A stretch of 64,000 bases of DNA from Candidatus Eiseniibacteriota bacterium (GCA_963783375.1 CAWANH010000029.1:928001-992000), one strand, 5' to 3'. Shown: positions 7,483 through 18,592, counted from the stretch's first letter. Made by a program: numbers and translations. Notes: generated by a model not told the origin, from the letters alone.

Positions 7483-9672
7483 CTAGGGAAGGACCACCAA
7501 CTTCCGGGTCGCCAGCGAACCGGCGACCCGGAACCGGGCAAAGTAGACCCCGGCGGGCACCGCACGGCCGTCGTCCGCCACGGCGTCCCACCGGGCCTGG
7601 AACTCCCCCGGGCCAAGGATCCCCAGGTCCCGCTCGGCGACACGCCGCCCACGAACGTCGTACACCGCCAGGCTTGCGCGACCGCCCACGTCCCCGGACA
7701 GCGTCCCGGAGAAGCCGAAGCCGGCGGCGGAGGGCATCGGGCTCACGGTCAGGCCTTCCAGGGCGGGAAAGAGGTCCGCGCGCTCGAAGACCGCCAGGAG
7801 CCAGCCCTCGGGGTCGGGTTCCACCCCCCAGTCCGCCCGGGGCAGGTCCACCGCCCATGAGCTGTACTCGCCGTCCACCCGGCGGGCCTCATCCAATTCC
7901 GCGCCCGGGCTCAGGTATCGGATCTGGATCGGCATGCGGTAGAGGGCGGTGCCCGAGGGAACCTGGCGGATCCGCACCCGGAGCCGGGTTCCGGCGCCGG
8001 CGGGGGCGCTCCGCCAGTCGATCTGGTACTTCGGGTACCCGGTCTGGCCGAGCCACGGGCCGAAGAACCAGGTCAGGTTCTCGCCGAGCACGTCCTCCGC
8101 CGCGGCCTGGAAGTCGGCGGAGGTGGCGTTGCCGTATGCATGCTCGGCGGCATAACGGCGGAAGATGTCCAGGAAGCGCTCATCCCCGGGAGCGGTTCGG
8201 CCTTCGAATTCGTCGGTCCTCATCGGAGGTCCCCCGGCCGACCTCAGGCGGCACACCGAGCGCAACATGTCGAGAACCCGCGCCCCCTTGTTGTACTCCA
8301 CGAAGGAGAGGAGCCGGCCCGGAAGCGGCTCGGTGAGAGGCTGGTCCAGCTGCGGGTTGGCCAGATAGACGCTGTCCATGACCGCCAGGCGCTCGCGCAT
8401 CGGTCCCCAACCGTAGCGGTACTCGGTGAATAGCAGGTCGAAGTAGGTGGCGAAACCTTCGTTGAGCCAGATGTCCCGCCACGCGGACGGGGTGATCATG
8501 TCTCCCCACCACTGGTGGGCCAGTTCATGGGCGTAGAGATCCTCCAACTCCCTCTCGGTCGAGCGCCCCCCGATGAAGTACCAGCCGATCAGGGTGTTGG
8601 TTTGATGCTCCATGCCACCTCCGAAGTCCTCCACCGTCATGGCATAGCGGGGGAAGGGGAAGGGCCGGATCCGGGAGAAGAATGAAACCATGTCCGGCAC
8701 GGTGGCGAAGGCCTCGCGGGTGTCGTCGGCGATCTCCGGATAGGTGAAGAACTCCAGAGGAAGCCCGTCGGGGCCGGTCTCCTCCAGCTTCACATAGTCG
8801 CCCAGGTAGAAAGCCATGAGGTAGGTGGCCGTCGGCTGATCCATGCTCCACACGTATCGTGTCCGGTCCCCGATCGCGGTCTCCGAGACCAGGACTCCGG
8901 TCCCCGAGGCGACCAGGCCGGCAGGGGCGTCCACGGTCAGGGTGAGGGTGGCCTTGTCCCGGGGGACGTCGTGGCAGGGAAACCAGTTCCGGGCATAGGT
9001 GGGCTCGGCAAAGGTGTGGGATCCGCGGTCGGAAAACACGAGTCCTCCGGGAGGGGTGCTGATGCCCTGGCACTCGGGGTCGGTTCCCGCATAGGCGACC
9101 CGGATCTCGATTTGCCCGCCGGCGAGGACCTCGGAGATGGGTCCCACGCGAAGGAGGGCGGCAGCCTGTTCGTAGGGGACCTGGACGAAGGTGGTGTCGC
9201 CGCTCCCCCGCACTTCGACCCGGGACACCCCCATTCCGTCGAAGTCCAGGTCCAGCGCGGTCAACGACCGAAGGGCGGTGAGGGTCACCGTGGCTTCGGC
9301 GCGGACGGTGCGCATGGCCCGGTCGATCTCCTGGATGTGAATGTCGTAGTGGAGCACGTCCACGCTGTCGGCTTGCTCGGGCGGACCGAACTCCGGAGGA
9401 TTGCACGGCGCGAGGGTCGGAGACAGCGTTCGGACGACTTCGGCCAGCTCCCGGGCATCGAGCCGAAGCAGATCGTCGAGTTCGCCGGGGGGGACGAGTC
9501 CCTGCTCCAGGAAGGGGACCAGCGCCGGCACCGTCCGAGGCCCCGGCGGGGACGGGCGCCCGCTCGTCGCCGACGAGCCGGGAGCCCCGCCCGAGGCGAT
9601 GGCCGGGACGAGGAGCCCGACGAGGAGGAGGCTTCCCGCTAAGCGATTGTTGAAAAGGGTGTTATGCAACAT
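7483..9672 (-). CDS. Secreted M1 aminopeptidase with FlgD-Ig/T9SS-like C-terminal domain
   Basis: Signal peptide, GGMEH, HELAH-X18-E; C-terminal YDVRGRRV...PAGVYFARF...RKLVVLP. Confidence 0.9.
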   Translation of the reverse strand: MLHNTLFNNRLAGSLLLVGLLVPAIASGGAPGSSATSGRPSPPGPRTVPALVPFLEQGLVPPGELDDLLRLDARELAEVVRTLSPTLAPCNPPEFGPPEQADSVDVLHYDIHIQEIDRAMRTVRAEATVTLTALRSLTALDLDFDGMGVSRVEVRGSGDTTFVQVPYEQAAALLRVGPISEVLAGGQIEIRVAYAGTDPECQGISTPPGGLVFSDRGSHTFAEPTYARNWFPCHDVPRDKATLTLTVDAPAGLVASGTGVLVSETAIGDRTRYVWSMDQPTATYLMAFYLGDYVKLEETGPDGLPLEFFTYPEIADDTREAFATVPDMVSFFSRIRPFPFPRYAMTVEDFGGGMEHQTNTLIGWYFIGGRSTERELEDLYAHELAHQWWGDMITPSAWRDIWLNEGFATYFDLLFTEYRYGWGPMRERLAVMDSVYLANPQLDQPLTEPLPGRLLSFVEYNKGARVLDMLRSVCRLRSAGGPPMRTDEFEGRTAPGDERFLDIFRRYAAEHAYGNATSADFQAAAEDVLGENLTWFFGPWLGQTGYPKYQIDWRSAPAGAGTRLRVRIRQVPSGTALYRMPIQIRYLSPGAELDEARRVDGEYSSWAVDLPRADWGVEPDPEGWLLAVFERADLFPALEGLTVSPMPSAAGFGFSGTLSGDVGGRASLAVYDVRGRRVAERDLGILGPGEFQARWDAVADDGRAVPAGVYFARFRVAGSLATRKLVVLP

Positions 9673-10019
9673 GCCCCTCGGCCTGGGTACGGCGGTGACC
9701 CGGATATGAGCCCCGATCGGTCGAGTCTATCCTCCGAGGTTCCGGCACGGCACCCGAATTCAACCTGCTCCGTCTCCTCGCCCGAGGAGCGGGACCCGGC
9801 CCCGGGCCGGGTCGTGAGGCCCACCGACCCTCCCTGGGTCCCTTCCCCCATCTTGGGCTGAGGTCAGCCATCGGGGGCCAACCCCATGAACGATCGACGC
9901 TTGGGTCGCATTCGTTGGGTCGGCGCCGCCCATCCGGGTCCCCTCCCATCATCCGAAGCGGGATTTCCCCCACCCCAATCCCGACACCACGACTCGATCC
10001 TCCGGTGCAACGGAAAGAA

Positions 10020-10032
10020 TAACTCCTTGAAA
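10020..10032 (-). promoter_or_regulatory. IHF-like site upstream of a sigma54 promoter
   Basis: TTTCAAGGAGTTA, one mismatch to WATCAAN4TTR, ~45 bp upstream of the -24 box. Confidence 0.35.
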
Positions 10033-10074
10033 TCCGGTCGTTTAGAAGTCCTTGGGACCGGGTCTCGCCGCGGG

Positions 10075-10090
10075 TGGCACCGCTCTTGCC
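10075..10090 (+). promoter_or_regulatory. Sigma54 promoter
   Basis: TGGCACCGCTCTTGCC, near-consensus TGGCAC-N5-TTGC. Confidence 0.75.
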
Positions 10091-10165
10091 CTTATTCAGT
10101 GGCACGCGCCGAGGGCGGTGGACAACGGCCCGGGCATCCGCAGGGGGTTTCAAGGAGAGCAGACC

Positions 10166-10339
10166 ATGAAGAGCCAAGCTTCCAAAGTCCGTCGGTTGAT
10201 CATCGCCGCCAGCGTCCTCGCCATCTCCGTCTTCGCCTGGGGCTGCGGCCAGACCGCTCCCACCGGGGTGGATACGAACAGCATCCAGCAGGACCAGCAG
10301 GTTGGGACGCAGAGCACGCAAGTTCCCGATTGGGAATAG
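10166..10339 (+). CDS. Small secreted lipoprotein/peptide (57 aa)
   Basis: AAGGAG RBS; basic N-terminus, hydrophobic core, lipobox-like FAWG|C, short polar mature part ending VPDWE. Confidence 0.75.
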   Translation: MKSQASKVRRLIIAASVLAISVFAWGCGQTAPTGVDTNSIQQDQQVGTQSTQVPDWE

Positions 10340-10344
10340 GCGGA

Positions 10345-13300
10345 TTACGTGCGAAGCGCCAAGAGCGTGTTCCTTGATCCGGGGCAAAGACAGGTACAGT
10401 TTTCCTTCTACCCGGGATCATCCATTGAACTGCTGATAGTCTGGATGGCTTGAAGCACCCCTCGCTTGACTTCGATGGCGTTCTGTGGTGGAGCCAGATT
10501 TGAGCAACTCCAATCCCCAGAATGCCATATCCATGAATCGGTGTTCCTATGGAGATTCTGTGAACCTCTTCACGAACATCAGAGTCCGTCCGGTAGTCTT
10601 CCAAGTGCTGCGTCCGATAATACCGTGAAGGTGCGAGTAGCGGGGGTAGCCCCCCTGAGATGAAGAAGCGACCTGCGCGCGCGTTCATAGGCCTCTCGAG
10701 CCTCATCGCAAAGTCTGCCCAGCTTGCTTCAGGACATACGCCAGCCTCGTTTCGACTGAGGCCTGCTGATCCACTTGTCCCGTCGCCTTCAGGGCACTGA
10801 TCGCTCTCTCCAGGTGATTCGCAGCTGTCGTCCCACTGCTCAAGTGCACATGCAACGTGCATCACCTCGACCCTCAGCTAGATAGGCTTCGACCGCTGAG
10901 CGTGGAGTCTGCCTCAGACCCGCTTCCGCCTTGAACCAAGAGATCAGGTCGTACCGGCATTCGAAGCGAGAAAGTGGCAAGCCGCCACGCTTGAGCTCGC
11001 CAGCCCGCGATCTTCCAATCTCTCTGCTTCCTTGAGTACAAATTCCATCCGCCGATGTGCCGCCCCGAAGCGTCCTAGCTGCACCTCGTAGAAGCCCAGG
11101 AACAGCATGACCATCGCGGCCGTTCGATCGCTCTTCGTGGCCAATGCGGTGGACAGCGCCTGCGTGGTTCCGCGATGGGCCTCGAGAATCTTCCCGTTGT
11201 CGTAGGCCACAACGCTGGCGCGTGTCGAGAACCGGACCGAGTCCTGCCAACGCGAAGCTTTCTCCGCGAGCGCCACGGCTCTGTGGGTGAAGGGCGCGGC
11301 CGCCTCCGGGTTCCCCCTCTGGAACTCGAGTCCGGCCCTCGCATAGAAGTAGTAGGGATCCGATTCCAATGTTTCGGGCCCCAGGCGACGTTCGGCCTCC
11401 TCCAGAAACGTCGCCATGGCCTTGATGTCGCCGACTTGCGCGGCCAGGCGGGCCCTCCCCACCAGATACTTGAGGAGCAGAGGCTCGTCGGACTCCGGCC
11501 CGTGACGACACGTCTCGTAGGCGCCGGTGGCTTCGGGGAACCGCCCGACCTCCCACAGAAACTCCGCCTTCTGCAACTCCGCCCGGACCCGCTCCCGCTC
11601 CGTAGCCTCGGCGGACGCGGACAACGCCTCGCACTCCGCCACCGCGCCCTGCCAATCACCCACCGCGAAGAGAGCGTCGGCCAACATCCGGCGACGATCG
11701 ATCTCGACCTCCGGCGGGCTCTCGGACCCGAGCAGGCGCCGGAGGATCTCCACCTCTTCCGGGAACCGGCCGAGCCGATGGGCCGCGCGCCGTCCCGCTT
11801 CCCATACGAACAGGAATTCCGGTTTCCGGGCCTCGGGTCGATCCTTGAACTCCTTCCAGAACCCCAGCACGTCCTCGTAGCGGCCCTCGGCAAGCCGGCT
11901 CCCGAGCGCGTCCCCCAGATACCCCGGCAGGAAGATCCCCCGGGCGAACAGGTCTCGCGCCAGGGCAAGATCGCCTCGATGGAGGTCCCCGGAGCCCTCC
12001 AGGCGGGCCGCGATCGCCTCGATCCGTTCCCCCCCGAAATGGTTTGCGCTGGAGCGGCGCAGGGCGGCGTGCACCAGCCAATCGGGGATTCTCTCCTGTA
12101 ACTCTCCCCGCTCGTAATCTCCGCGACTGAGGCCCAGCCGCCTGATTTCCCCCTGGACCCGGATCCGCTCCGTCTCGCTCCAATCCAGGGCCTCGGCCAG
12201 CGACGACCATCGCCAACCGGTGTCGCTCCAGGCGAGGAGCGACAGGGCGTCCCGAGCCCCGGCCGACGCCCGCTCCCACATGATGACGGCCTCGGACTCC
12301 ACGGTCCGCGCCTCGGAGTCCGGTCCACCCTGCGGCCGCCCCCCCGGGCGGCCCGCTTCAGGAGCACCAGGCCGAGTGGGCTGGCCCCGGATCGGACCTC
12401 GGGGCGCGGGTGATCGACACCGTAGCCCTCCTCTTCGGGAAAGAGATCGAGGACGAGCCCGGCCAGACCGTCCTCCTCCGGTCCCGGCCAATCCTCGGCC
12501 AGTGCGCGCACCGCGCCGCCGAGCCATACCGAGTCATCGTCGGGCTCCACCGCCGGGACGATCTTGAGCACACAGGTGCGGGTGCCGCTCCCCTCCCGGT
12601 CCCTCCCCACCACAAAGGCCCTGAGGAGTCGCGATTCCACCCCCCCCGCCCGCTCGGGCCAGAGCACCACCACGTCCTTCTCCTCGAACCGGCGCGCCAG
12701 CTCCCGGGCCAGCCGCACCGGATCGGGGTCCCCCGTCGCGGCCTCGAGCCAGTCGCGCACCGCACCAAGTGGGAGATCCCACAGGGCGGCCCAGCCTTGA
12801 CCCACGAGCCGGCGGGCCATCGCACGGGCCGCGGTGGTCCGTCCGGTTCCCGCGCGTCCCCGAAGCGCTACCGCGCCCACCGCCCCCCCGCCGAGGTTGC
12901 TCATCCACGTTTGCCAGCGATCCAGGGCGGTGTCGAGACCGAACACCCCGGCTTCGAGGACATCGGGGCCCCAGGCCGCGGCATCGGCCCGGAGGTCCGA
13001 CCAGCGCACGGGGCCCCGCTCGGCGGGGACCGGACGTCCGAGGGCGGTGAGAAGGGTGAGGAGCTCGGGCGAGGTCCGCCGGACCGGCGGAGGCACCTCG
13101 GGTCCGGCGGCCAGGCGCTTCATGGCCTCCGCGGAGCCGAGTCCTTCCCAGGGACCCCGTCCGTCGATCCAGGTCGTCGCGGTGGCGGCCAGCGCGTACA
13201 GATCCGAGGCGGGGGCCGCGCCCTCACCGCGGGCGGTTTCAGGCGCCAGGTATCCAAGGGTGCCGCGAACCCCCGCCCGAGCCGCCTCGGTCAGGGGAAG

Positions 13301-13765
13301 GGTGAGCCCCAGATCGGCCACCTTCGACCGCCACCGCTCCCCCTCCTTCCAGACCAGGAGGTTTCCGGGAGCGACGTCGCCGTGAACGTAGCCGTGGCGG
13401 TGAAGGTAGTGGAGCCCGCGGAGCGCCTGGGTCAGAGCCGCCCGCACGGCGGGCTCACCCCCGATTTCCCAGATCCGGGTCGGCTCCAGGGCGGGCACGT
13501 ATTCCATGAGGTGAGCCACGGTGTTTCCGTGACGAAGCAGATCGCGGGATTCGATGAGGCACGGATGGCGCAGCCGGGCCAGCAGCCGGTACTCCAGGAG
13601 CAGCGACTTGTTGGCTTCGGGCCCGCCCCCCACCTTGAGAGCGGAGATGCGGCCGGTCCAGCGGTCCCGCACGCGGAAGAGCCGGCCTTCCGCCCCTTCG
13701 GCCAGCGGGACCCAATCGGTGAAGCGGCCGCCGAAGTCCCCTTCGTTCTGTGCATCCAGGCTCAT
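10345..13765 (-). pseudogene. Ser/Thr kinase - P-loop ATPase - TPR protein, frameshifted
   Basis: Kinase motifs ALK, HGDVAPGN, DLG, YLAPE; degenerate P-loop GRAGTGRT; shift at C7 run ~12340 into a TPR-like frame; more shifts below ~10950; 3' end approximate. Confidence 0.7.
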
Positions 13766-13851
13766 GGTTCCGCCGTAGGTCGATGCCCCATTGACTTGCC
13801 CCCCGCCTCCCTTGACACTCCTCGCGTCCCGTTCCCGGAGGGCCCATCGCG

Positions 13852-14529
13852 ATGAAGATAACCCATCCCGAGCTGGCTGAGGCCCGCTCCCTGGACGAGG
13901 CGGTCGCCCTCCAGGAGACGGTCCGGGGGCTGGTCCGGCTGGCGCCGTTCCGCCGGCATCCCCATCGGGTGGTGGGAGTGGACGCGGCCTATGCCCCCGA
14001 CGGCGTCCTGGGGTACGCGGCCGCGGTGGCGCTCAACGTCGAAACCCTGATCCGGATCGAGATCCAGACCGGGGTGACCGCATGCACATTCCCCTACGTT
14101 CCCGGACTTTTCGCCTTTCGTGAACTTCCCATCCTGCTCGCCGCCTTGCGGAAGCTCACCGAAGCCCCGGACGTGCTCCTGGTGGAGGGACACGGGGTGG
14201 CCCACCCCCGCCGGGCGGGCCTGGCCACCCACCTTGGGGTTCTGCTGGACGTCCCCACCATCGGCTGCGCCAAGACCCCGCTGGGGGGAGAGTGGCGGGA
14301 GCCCGAACGCCGGGCCGGATCCTCCAGCGAGGTCCGAATGGGCGGGGAGGTGGTGGGCGTCGCCTTCCGGTCCCGACCCGAGAGCGCGCCGATCTTCCTC
14401 TCTCCCGGCCACCGGGTCGACCTTCCCTCGATCCTGGAGCTGGCCCCCCGGCTCTTCCACGGCCATCGCCTCCCCGAGCCCCTTCATCTCGCCCACGAGA
14501 CCGCGGAGAGGACCCGCCGCCACCATTGA
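13852..14529 (+). CDS. nfi: Endonuclease V
   Basis: GVDAAY, FPYVPGLFAFRE, GHGVAHPRRAGLATHLG, IGCAK, SPGH. Confidence 0.95.
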   Translation: MKITHPELAEARSLDEAVALQETVRGLVRLAPFRRHPHRVVGVDAAYAPDGVLGYAAAVALNVETLIRIEIQTGVTACTFPYVPGLFAFRELPILLAALRKLTEAPDVLLVEGHGVAHPRRAGLATHLGVLLDVPTIGCAKTPLGGEWREPERRAGSSSEVRMGGEVVGVAFRSRPESAPIFLSPGHRVDLPSILELAPRLFHGHRLPEPLHLAHETAERTRRHH

Positions 14530-14653
14530 TCCCCCGGCCGGCGCACGGGATCCCGCGTGGCCCTCACTCCCCGGCCGGGCCTCGGCCCTTGGCCCCCCGC
14601 CCTTCGGCGGGCTATCATTCATCTCCGAATTCCAACCGCTTGGAGGCGATGTC

Positions 14654-15601
14654 ATGCGTTCGTTGTATCCGCCGATCGATCCCTACAAGACCACCCAGCT
14701 CCAGGTTTCGCCGGTTCACACGATCCACGTCGAGGAATCCGGAAACCCCAAGGGTCGGCCGGCGGTCTTCGTCCACGGCGGACCCGGGGGCGGCAGCATC
14801 CCCCAGTATCGCCAGTACTTCGACCCGGACGCCTACCGCATCGTGGTCTTCGACCAGCGGGGGTCGGGAAAGAGCACTCCTCACGCAAATCTGGAGCAGA
14901 ACACCACCTGGGACCTCGTGGCGGACATGGAGAGGATCCGGGAGGCCCTGGACATCGATCGCTGGTTGGTTTTCGGCGGTTCCTGGGGGAGCACGCTCTC
15001 CCTGGCCTACGCCCAGACCCATCCCGATCGGGTGAAGGCGCTGGTGCTTCGCGGTATTTTTCTGCTCCGTCCCAAGGAAATCCGATGGTTCTATCAGGAG
15101 GGGGCGAGCTTCATCTTCGCCGATGCCTGGGAAAAGTACCTGGCTCCGATTCCCGAGGCGGAGCGGGACGACCTGGTGGCCGCGTACTACCGGCGGCTGA
15201 CCAGCGACGATCCCGCGATCCGTTCCGAGGCGGCCCGGGCCTGGAGCGTGTGGGAGGCCACCACCAGCAAGCTCATCCCCGATCCCAAGCTCATCGAGGA
15301 TTTCGGGGGGGACGAGTTCGCCGAGGCCTTCGCGCGCATCGAATGCCACTACTTCACCAATCGCGGGTTCTTCGAACACCCCGACCAACTCCTGGAAGGT
15401 GTGGACCGGATCCGTTCCATCCCCGCAGTCATCGTCCAGGGTCGCTACGACGTGGTCTGCCCGATGACCACGGCCTGGGACCTCCACCGTCGTTGGCCTG
15501 AAGCGGACTTCCATCTTGTTCCCGACGCCGGTCACTCCGCCGGCGAGCCCGGAATCGTGGACCAGTTGATCCTCGCCACCGACCGGTTCAAGGAGTTGTA
15601 G
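14654..15601 (+). CDS. pip: Proline iminopeptidase
   Basis: HGGPGG, FDQRG, GGSWG nucleophile elbow, GRYD, AGHS; GGAGG RBS. Confidence 0.96.
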   Translation: MRSLYPPIDPYKTTQLQVSPVHTIHVEESGNPKGRPAVFVHGGPGGGSIPQYRQYFDPDAYRIVVFDQRGSGKSTPHANLEQNTTWDLVADMERIREALDIDRWLVFGGSWGSTLSLAYAQTHPDRVKALVLRGIFLLRPKEIRWFYQEGASFIFADAWEKYLAPIPEAERDDLVAAYYRRLTSDDPAIRSEAARAWSVWEATTSKLIPDPKLIEDFGGDEFAEAFARIECHYFTNRGFFEHPDQLLEGVDRIRSIPAVIVQGRYDVVCPMTTAWDLHRRWPEADFHLVPDAGHSAGEPGIVDQLILATDRFKEL

Positions 15602-15655
15602 CCGCCTACCGCCGTTCCCGGTCCCCATCAACCGGGACCATCGAAGGAGAGCCGT

Positions 15656-18283
15656 ATGCCGCAACGTCTCCTGCTTCCGCGTGCCATGGTCCTCGGGATG
15701 TGCTGCGTGCTGGCCGGCGCCGTCTTCGGCGCCTCGGAAGCGCGGGCGGAGATCGTCCGGTTGGGGCACGACGTCGTTCCCACCTTCGAAGAGGTTCACC
15801 TCACCGTCGACCCCGATCGCCCGGACTACTCGGGGTCGGTGCAGGTCGTTCTCCAGGTGAATCGGGAGACCGACCGGTTCCGCTTCCACGCCCGGAGCCT
15901 CACCCTGGACCGGAGCGTCCTGATCGGCCAGGACCTCCGGGTGGTGCTCAAGTCGGAACCGGTGGGAAACGACCTGATCGAGGTGCGCGCCGACCGGCCG
16001 CTGGCGCCGGGAAAATACGTTCTGGCCGTGTCGTTCCACAGCCTTTTCGACACCACCGCGGTCGGACTCTATCGAGCCGAGGCCGGCGGCCGGCATTACG
16101 TGTTCACCCAGTTCGAGGCCGCCGACGCCCGGCGCGCCTTTCCCTGCTGGGACGAACCCGAGTTCAAGGTCCCCTGGCAATTGACGGCGCGGATCCCCGA
16201 GAATCTGGTCGCAATCGGGAACACCCCGGTCCGGTCCGAGAAGCAGGACGGCGACTGGAAGACGGTGAGCTTCGACAACACCAAACCCCTTCCCAGCTAC
16301 CTCCTGGAGCTCTCGGTGGGGGCCTTCGACACCGTTCCGATCGCCGGCATGGGGGTGCCGGGTTCGGTGGTTGCGGTGAAGGGCCAAGGCGACCTGGCCG
16401 AGGCCGCGGCGCGGGAAACCCCGGCCATCATGGACGCCCTTGAGCGCTACTTCGGGCGACCCTACCCCTATCGGAAGCTCGATCTCATCGCCGCGCCGGA
16501 GTTCTGGCCGGGCGCCATGGAAAACGCCGGGGCGATCACCTTCGCCGACCGGCTTCTCCTGGTGGACGCGAGCGAGGAGACCCCGTCGCGCGTCCGCAGC
16601 CTGGTCCGGATCACCGCCCACGAGATCTCACACCAGTGGTTCGGGGACCTGGTGACCATGACGTGGTGGGACGACCTTTGGCTCAACGAGTCCTTTGCCG
16701 ACTGGATGGGCGACAAGATCACCCAGGAGGTTCATCCCGAGCTGCACCAGAACATGGAGACCCTCAACGCCTCGCTGGAGATCATGGAGCAGGACGCCCA
16801 GCCCTCGGCCGAACCGATTCGCAATCCGGTCAACTCCATCGCCGAGATGCTGGGCAACGTCGGCCTGGCTTACAACAAGGGCAAGGCCGTCCTCGGCATG
16901 TTCGAGTCCTGGGTGGGACCGGAAAGCTTCCGGCGGGGAATCAACGCCTACCTCGCCGCTCACGCCTGGGGGAACGCCTCCTCCTCCGATCTCTGGGCCG
17001 CGCTGGCCGACGTGTCCGGAAAGGACGTGGCCGGCGGCATGTCCACGTTCATCGAGCAGCCGGGATTGCCGCTGGTGAGGGTGGAACTCCTTCCCGGCGG
17101 GAAAGCCCGCGTTTCCCAGGAGCGATTCCGGAACTTCGGGACGGAATCCAAGAACCTCCTCTGGAAGGTCCCCGTGGTCCTCACCTACCCCTCGGGGGAC
17201 TCGCTGGCGAGCCGGACCGTCTACCTGGACACCCGGAGCTCGGAGGTGGACCTGGGGTCGGGCGCGCCTCCGGCCTGGATCTATCCCAATGGCGGAGCCC
17301 ACGGCTACTACCGCTGGCGCACCTCGCCCGCGACCCTGGCCGCGCTGGCCGCCGCCGCCCCGACCGCGCTCTCCGCGCGCGAGCAGGTGGAGTTCCTGAG
17401 CAACCTGACCGGGCTCCTCAAGGCGGGGATTATCGGGGGGGACGCGTACTACCGCACCCTCAACGCCTTTTCCGGGACGACCAGTCCTTTCGTGGTGAAC
17501 GCGATCATCGGCGGCTTGGCCGGGGTGAAGGAAGCCCTGGTCCCCGACTCCCTCGCCGACGCCTATGCCGCCTACGTCAAGGCCACGCTCCAACCCGCCC
17601 TGACCCGCTTCGGCATGCGCCCGAGACCGGGAGAGGACGACGCCGTAACCCTCACCCGTCCCCGGCTGCTGGAGGAGCTGGGGAAGTCCGGACGGGACCC
17701 GGCGGTCCTCGCCTACGCGGATTCCATGGCCCAGCTCACCATGCAGCATCCGGACGAAGTCCCCGCGTCCCTCCACGACGCCGCGCTCGGTCTCGCCGCG
17801 TATCACGGAAACGCGTCCCTCTTCGACGCCTACCGCCAACGGTTCGAGACCGCGCAGACCCCGGTCGAGCGCGGGCGATACCTGACCGCCCTGGCGTCGT
17901 TTCGGGATCCGGAGCTTCAGAAGAAAGCCCTCGCCTTCGCCCTGGAGGGAACCCTCCGGACCAACGAGATGTTTGCGGTGCTCCGGGGGACGCCCAAGGA
18001 CGAGGCGAGCCGGGATCTCGTATTCCAATGGGTGATGGACCACTATCAGGCCCTCCTGAACCGCCTCCCTCCCGCGTTTTCGGAATTCATGCCGACCTTC
18101 GCCGGGGGCTGCTCCCCGGAGCGGCTCGCGGCCGCCAGGAGCTTCTTCGCGAGATCCGGACATGGCGGCCCTGGAATCGAGCATCGGCTCCGACGGGTGG
18201 CCGACGAGGTCGGGGCCTGTGAGGAACTCCACCGGCGGGAGGGCGCGGCGGCCGCCGCCTACCTGGAGGGCTATCGCCCTTGA
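15656..18283 (+). CDS. Secreted M1 aminopeptidase with ERAP1-like C-terminal domain
   Basis: Signal peptide, TQFEAADARRAFPCWDEP, GAMEN, HEISHQWFG...WLNES. Confidence 0.93.
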   Translation: MPQRLLLPRAMVLGMCCVLAGAVFGASEARAEIVRLGHDVVPTFEEVHLTVDPDRPDYSGSVQVVLQVNRETDRFRFHARSLTLDRSVLIGQDLRVVLKSEPVGNDLIEVRADRPLAPGKYVLAVSFHSLFDTTAVGLYRAEAGGRHYVFTQFEAADARRAFPCWDEPEFKVPWQLTARIPENLVAIGNTPVRSEKQDGDWKTVSFDNTKPLPSYLLELSVGAFDTVPIAGMGVPGSVVAVKGQGDLAEAAARETPAIMDALERYFGRPYPYRKLDLIAAPEFWPGAMENAGAITFADRLLLVDASEETPSRVRSLVRITAHEISHQWFGDLVTMTWWDDLWLNESFADWMGDKITQEVHPELHQNMETLNASLEIMEQDAQPSAEPIRNPVNSIAEMLGNVGLAYNKGKAVLGMFESWVGPESFRRGINAYLAAHAWGNASSSDLWAALADVSGKDVAGGMSTFIEQPGLPLVRVELLPGGKARVSQERFRNFGTESKNLLWKVPVVLTYPSGDSLASRTVYLDTRSSEVDLGSGAPPAWIYPNGGAHGYYRWRTSPATLAALAAAAPTALSAREQVEFLSNLTGLLKAGIIGGDAYYRTLNAFSGTTSPFVVNAIIGGLAGVKEALVPDSLADAYAAYVKATLQPALTRFGMRPRPGEDDAVTLTRPRLLEELGKSGRDPAVLAYADSMAQLTMQHPDEVPASLHDAALGLAAYHGNASLFDAYRQRFETAQTPVERGRYLTALASFRDPELQKKALAFALEGTLRTNEMFAVLRGTPKDEASRDLVFQWVMDHYQALLNRLPPAFSEFMPTFAGGCSPERLAAARSFFARSGHGGPGIEHRLRRVADEVGACEELHRREGAAAAAYLEGYRP

Positions 18284-18382
18284 CCGTCCTCGTTCCGGGA
18301 GGGAGGGTTGTCAGACCGGCACCAACTGGGGTTAGCTTGAGCAATCGAACGCGGTCCGATCCGGCCGACCAAGGAGGCTTCC

Positions 18383-18592
18383 ATGAGCGATCACGTCTAC
18401 AAACACATCGAAATCACCGGTTCCTCGAGCAAGTCCTATCAGGAGGCCATCGAAAACGCGGTTGAGCGGTCGGCGAAATCGGTGGAGAACATGCGCTGGT
18501 TCCAGGTGCTGGAGAGCCGGGGGCACATCGAGAACGGTAAAGTGTCCCACTGGCAGGTCACGATCAAGATCGGTTTCACCCTGAAGGACTGA
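18383..18592 (+). CDS. Dodecin (flavin-binding)
   Basis: 69 aa, VYKHIEITGSS...WFQV..RG...WQVTIKIGF. Confidence 0.93.
   Translation: MSDHVYKHIEITGSSSKSYQEAIENAVERSAKSVENMRWFQVLESRGHIENGKVSHWQVTIKIGFTLKD

Noticed and set aside
14615-18232. Long antisense and alternate-frame ORFs here and throughout the window
   Set aside because: Shadow ORFs expected from high GC and codon bias; they overlap well-supported genes and lack motifs or RBS.
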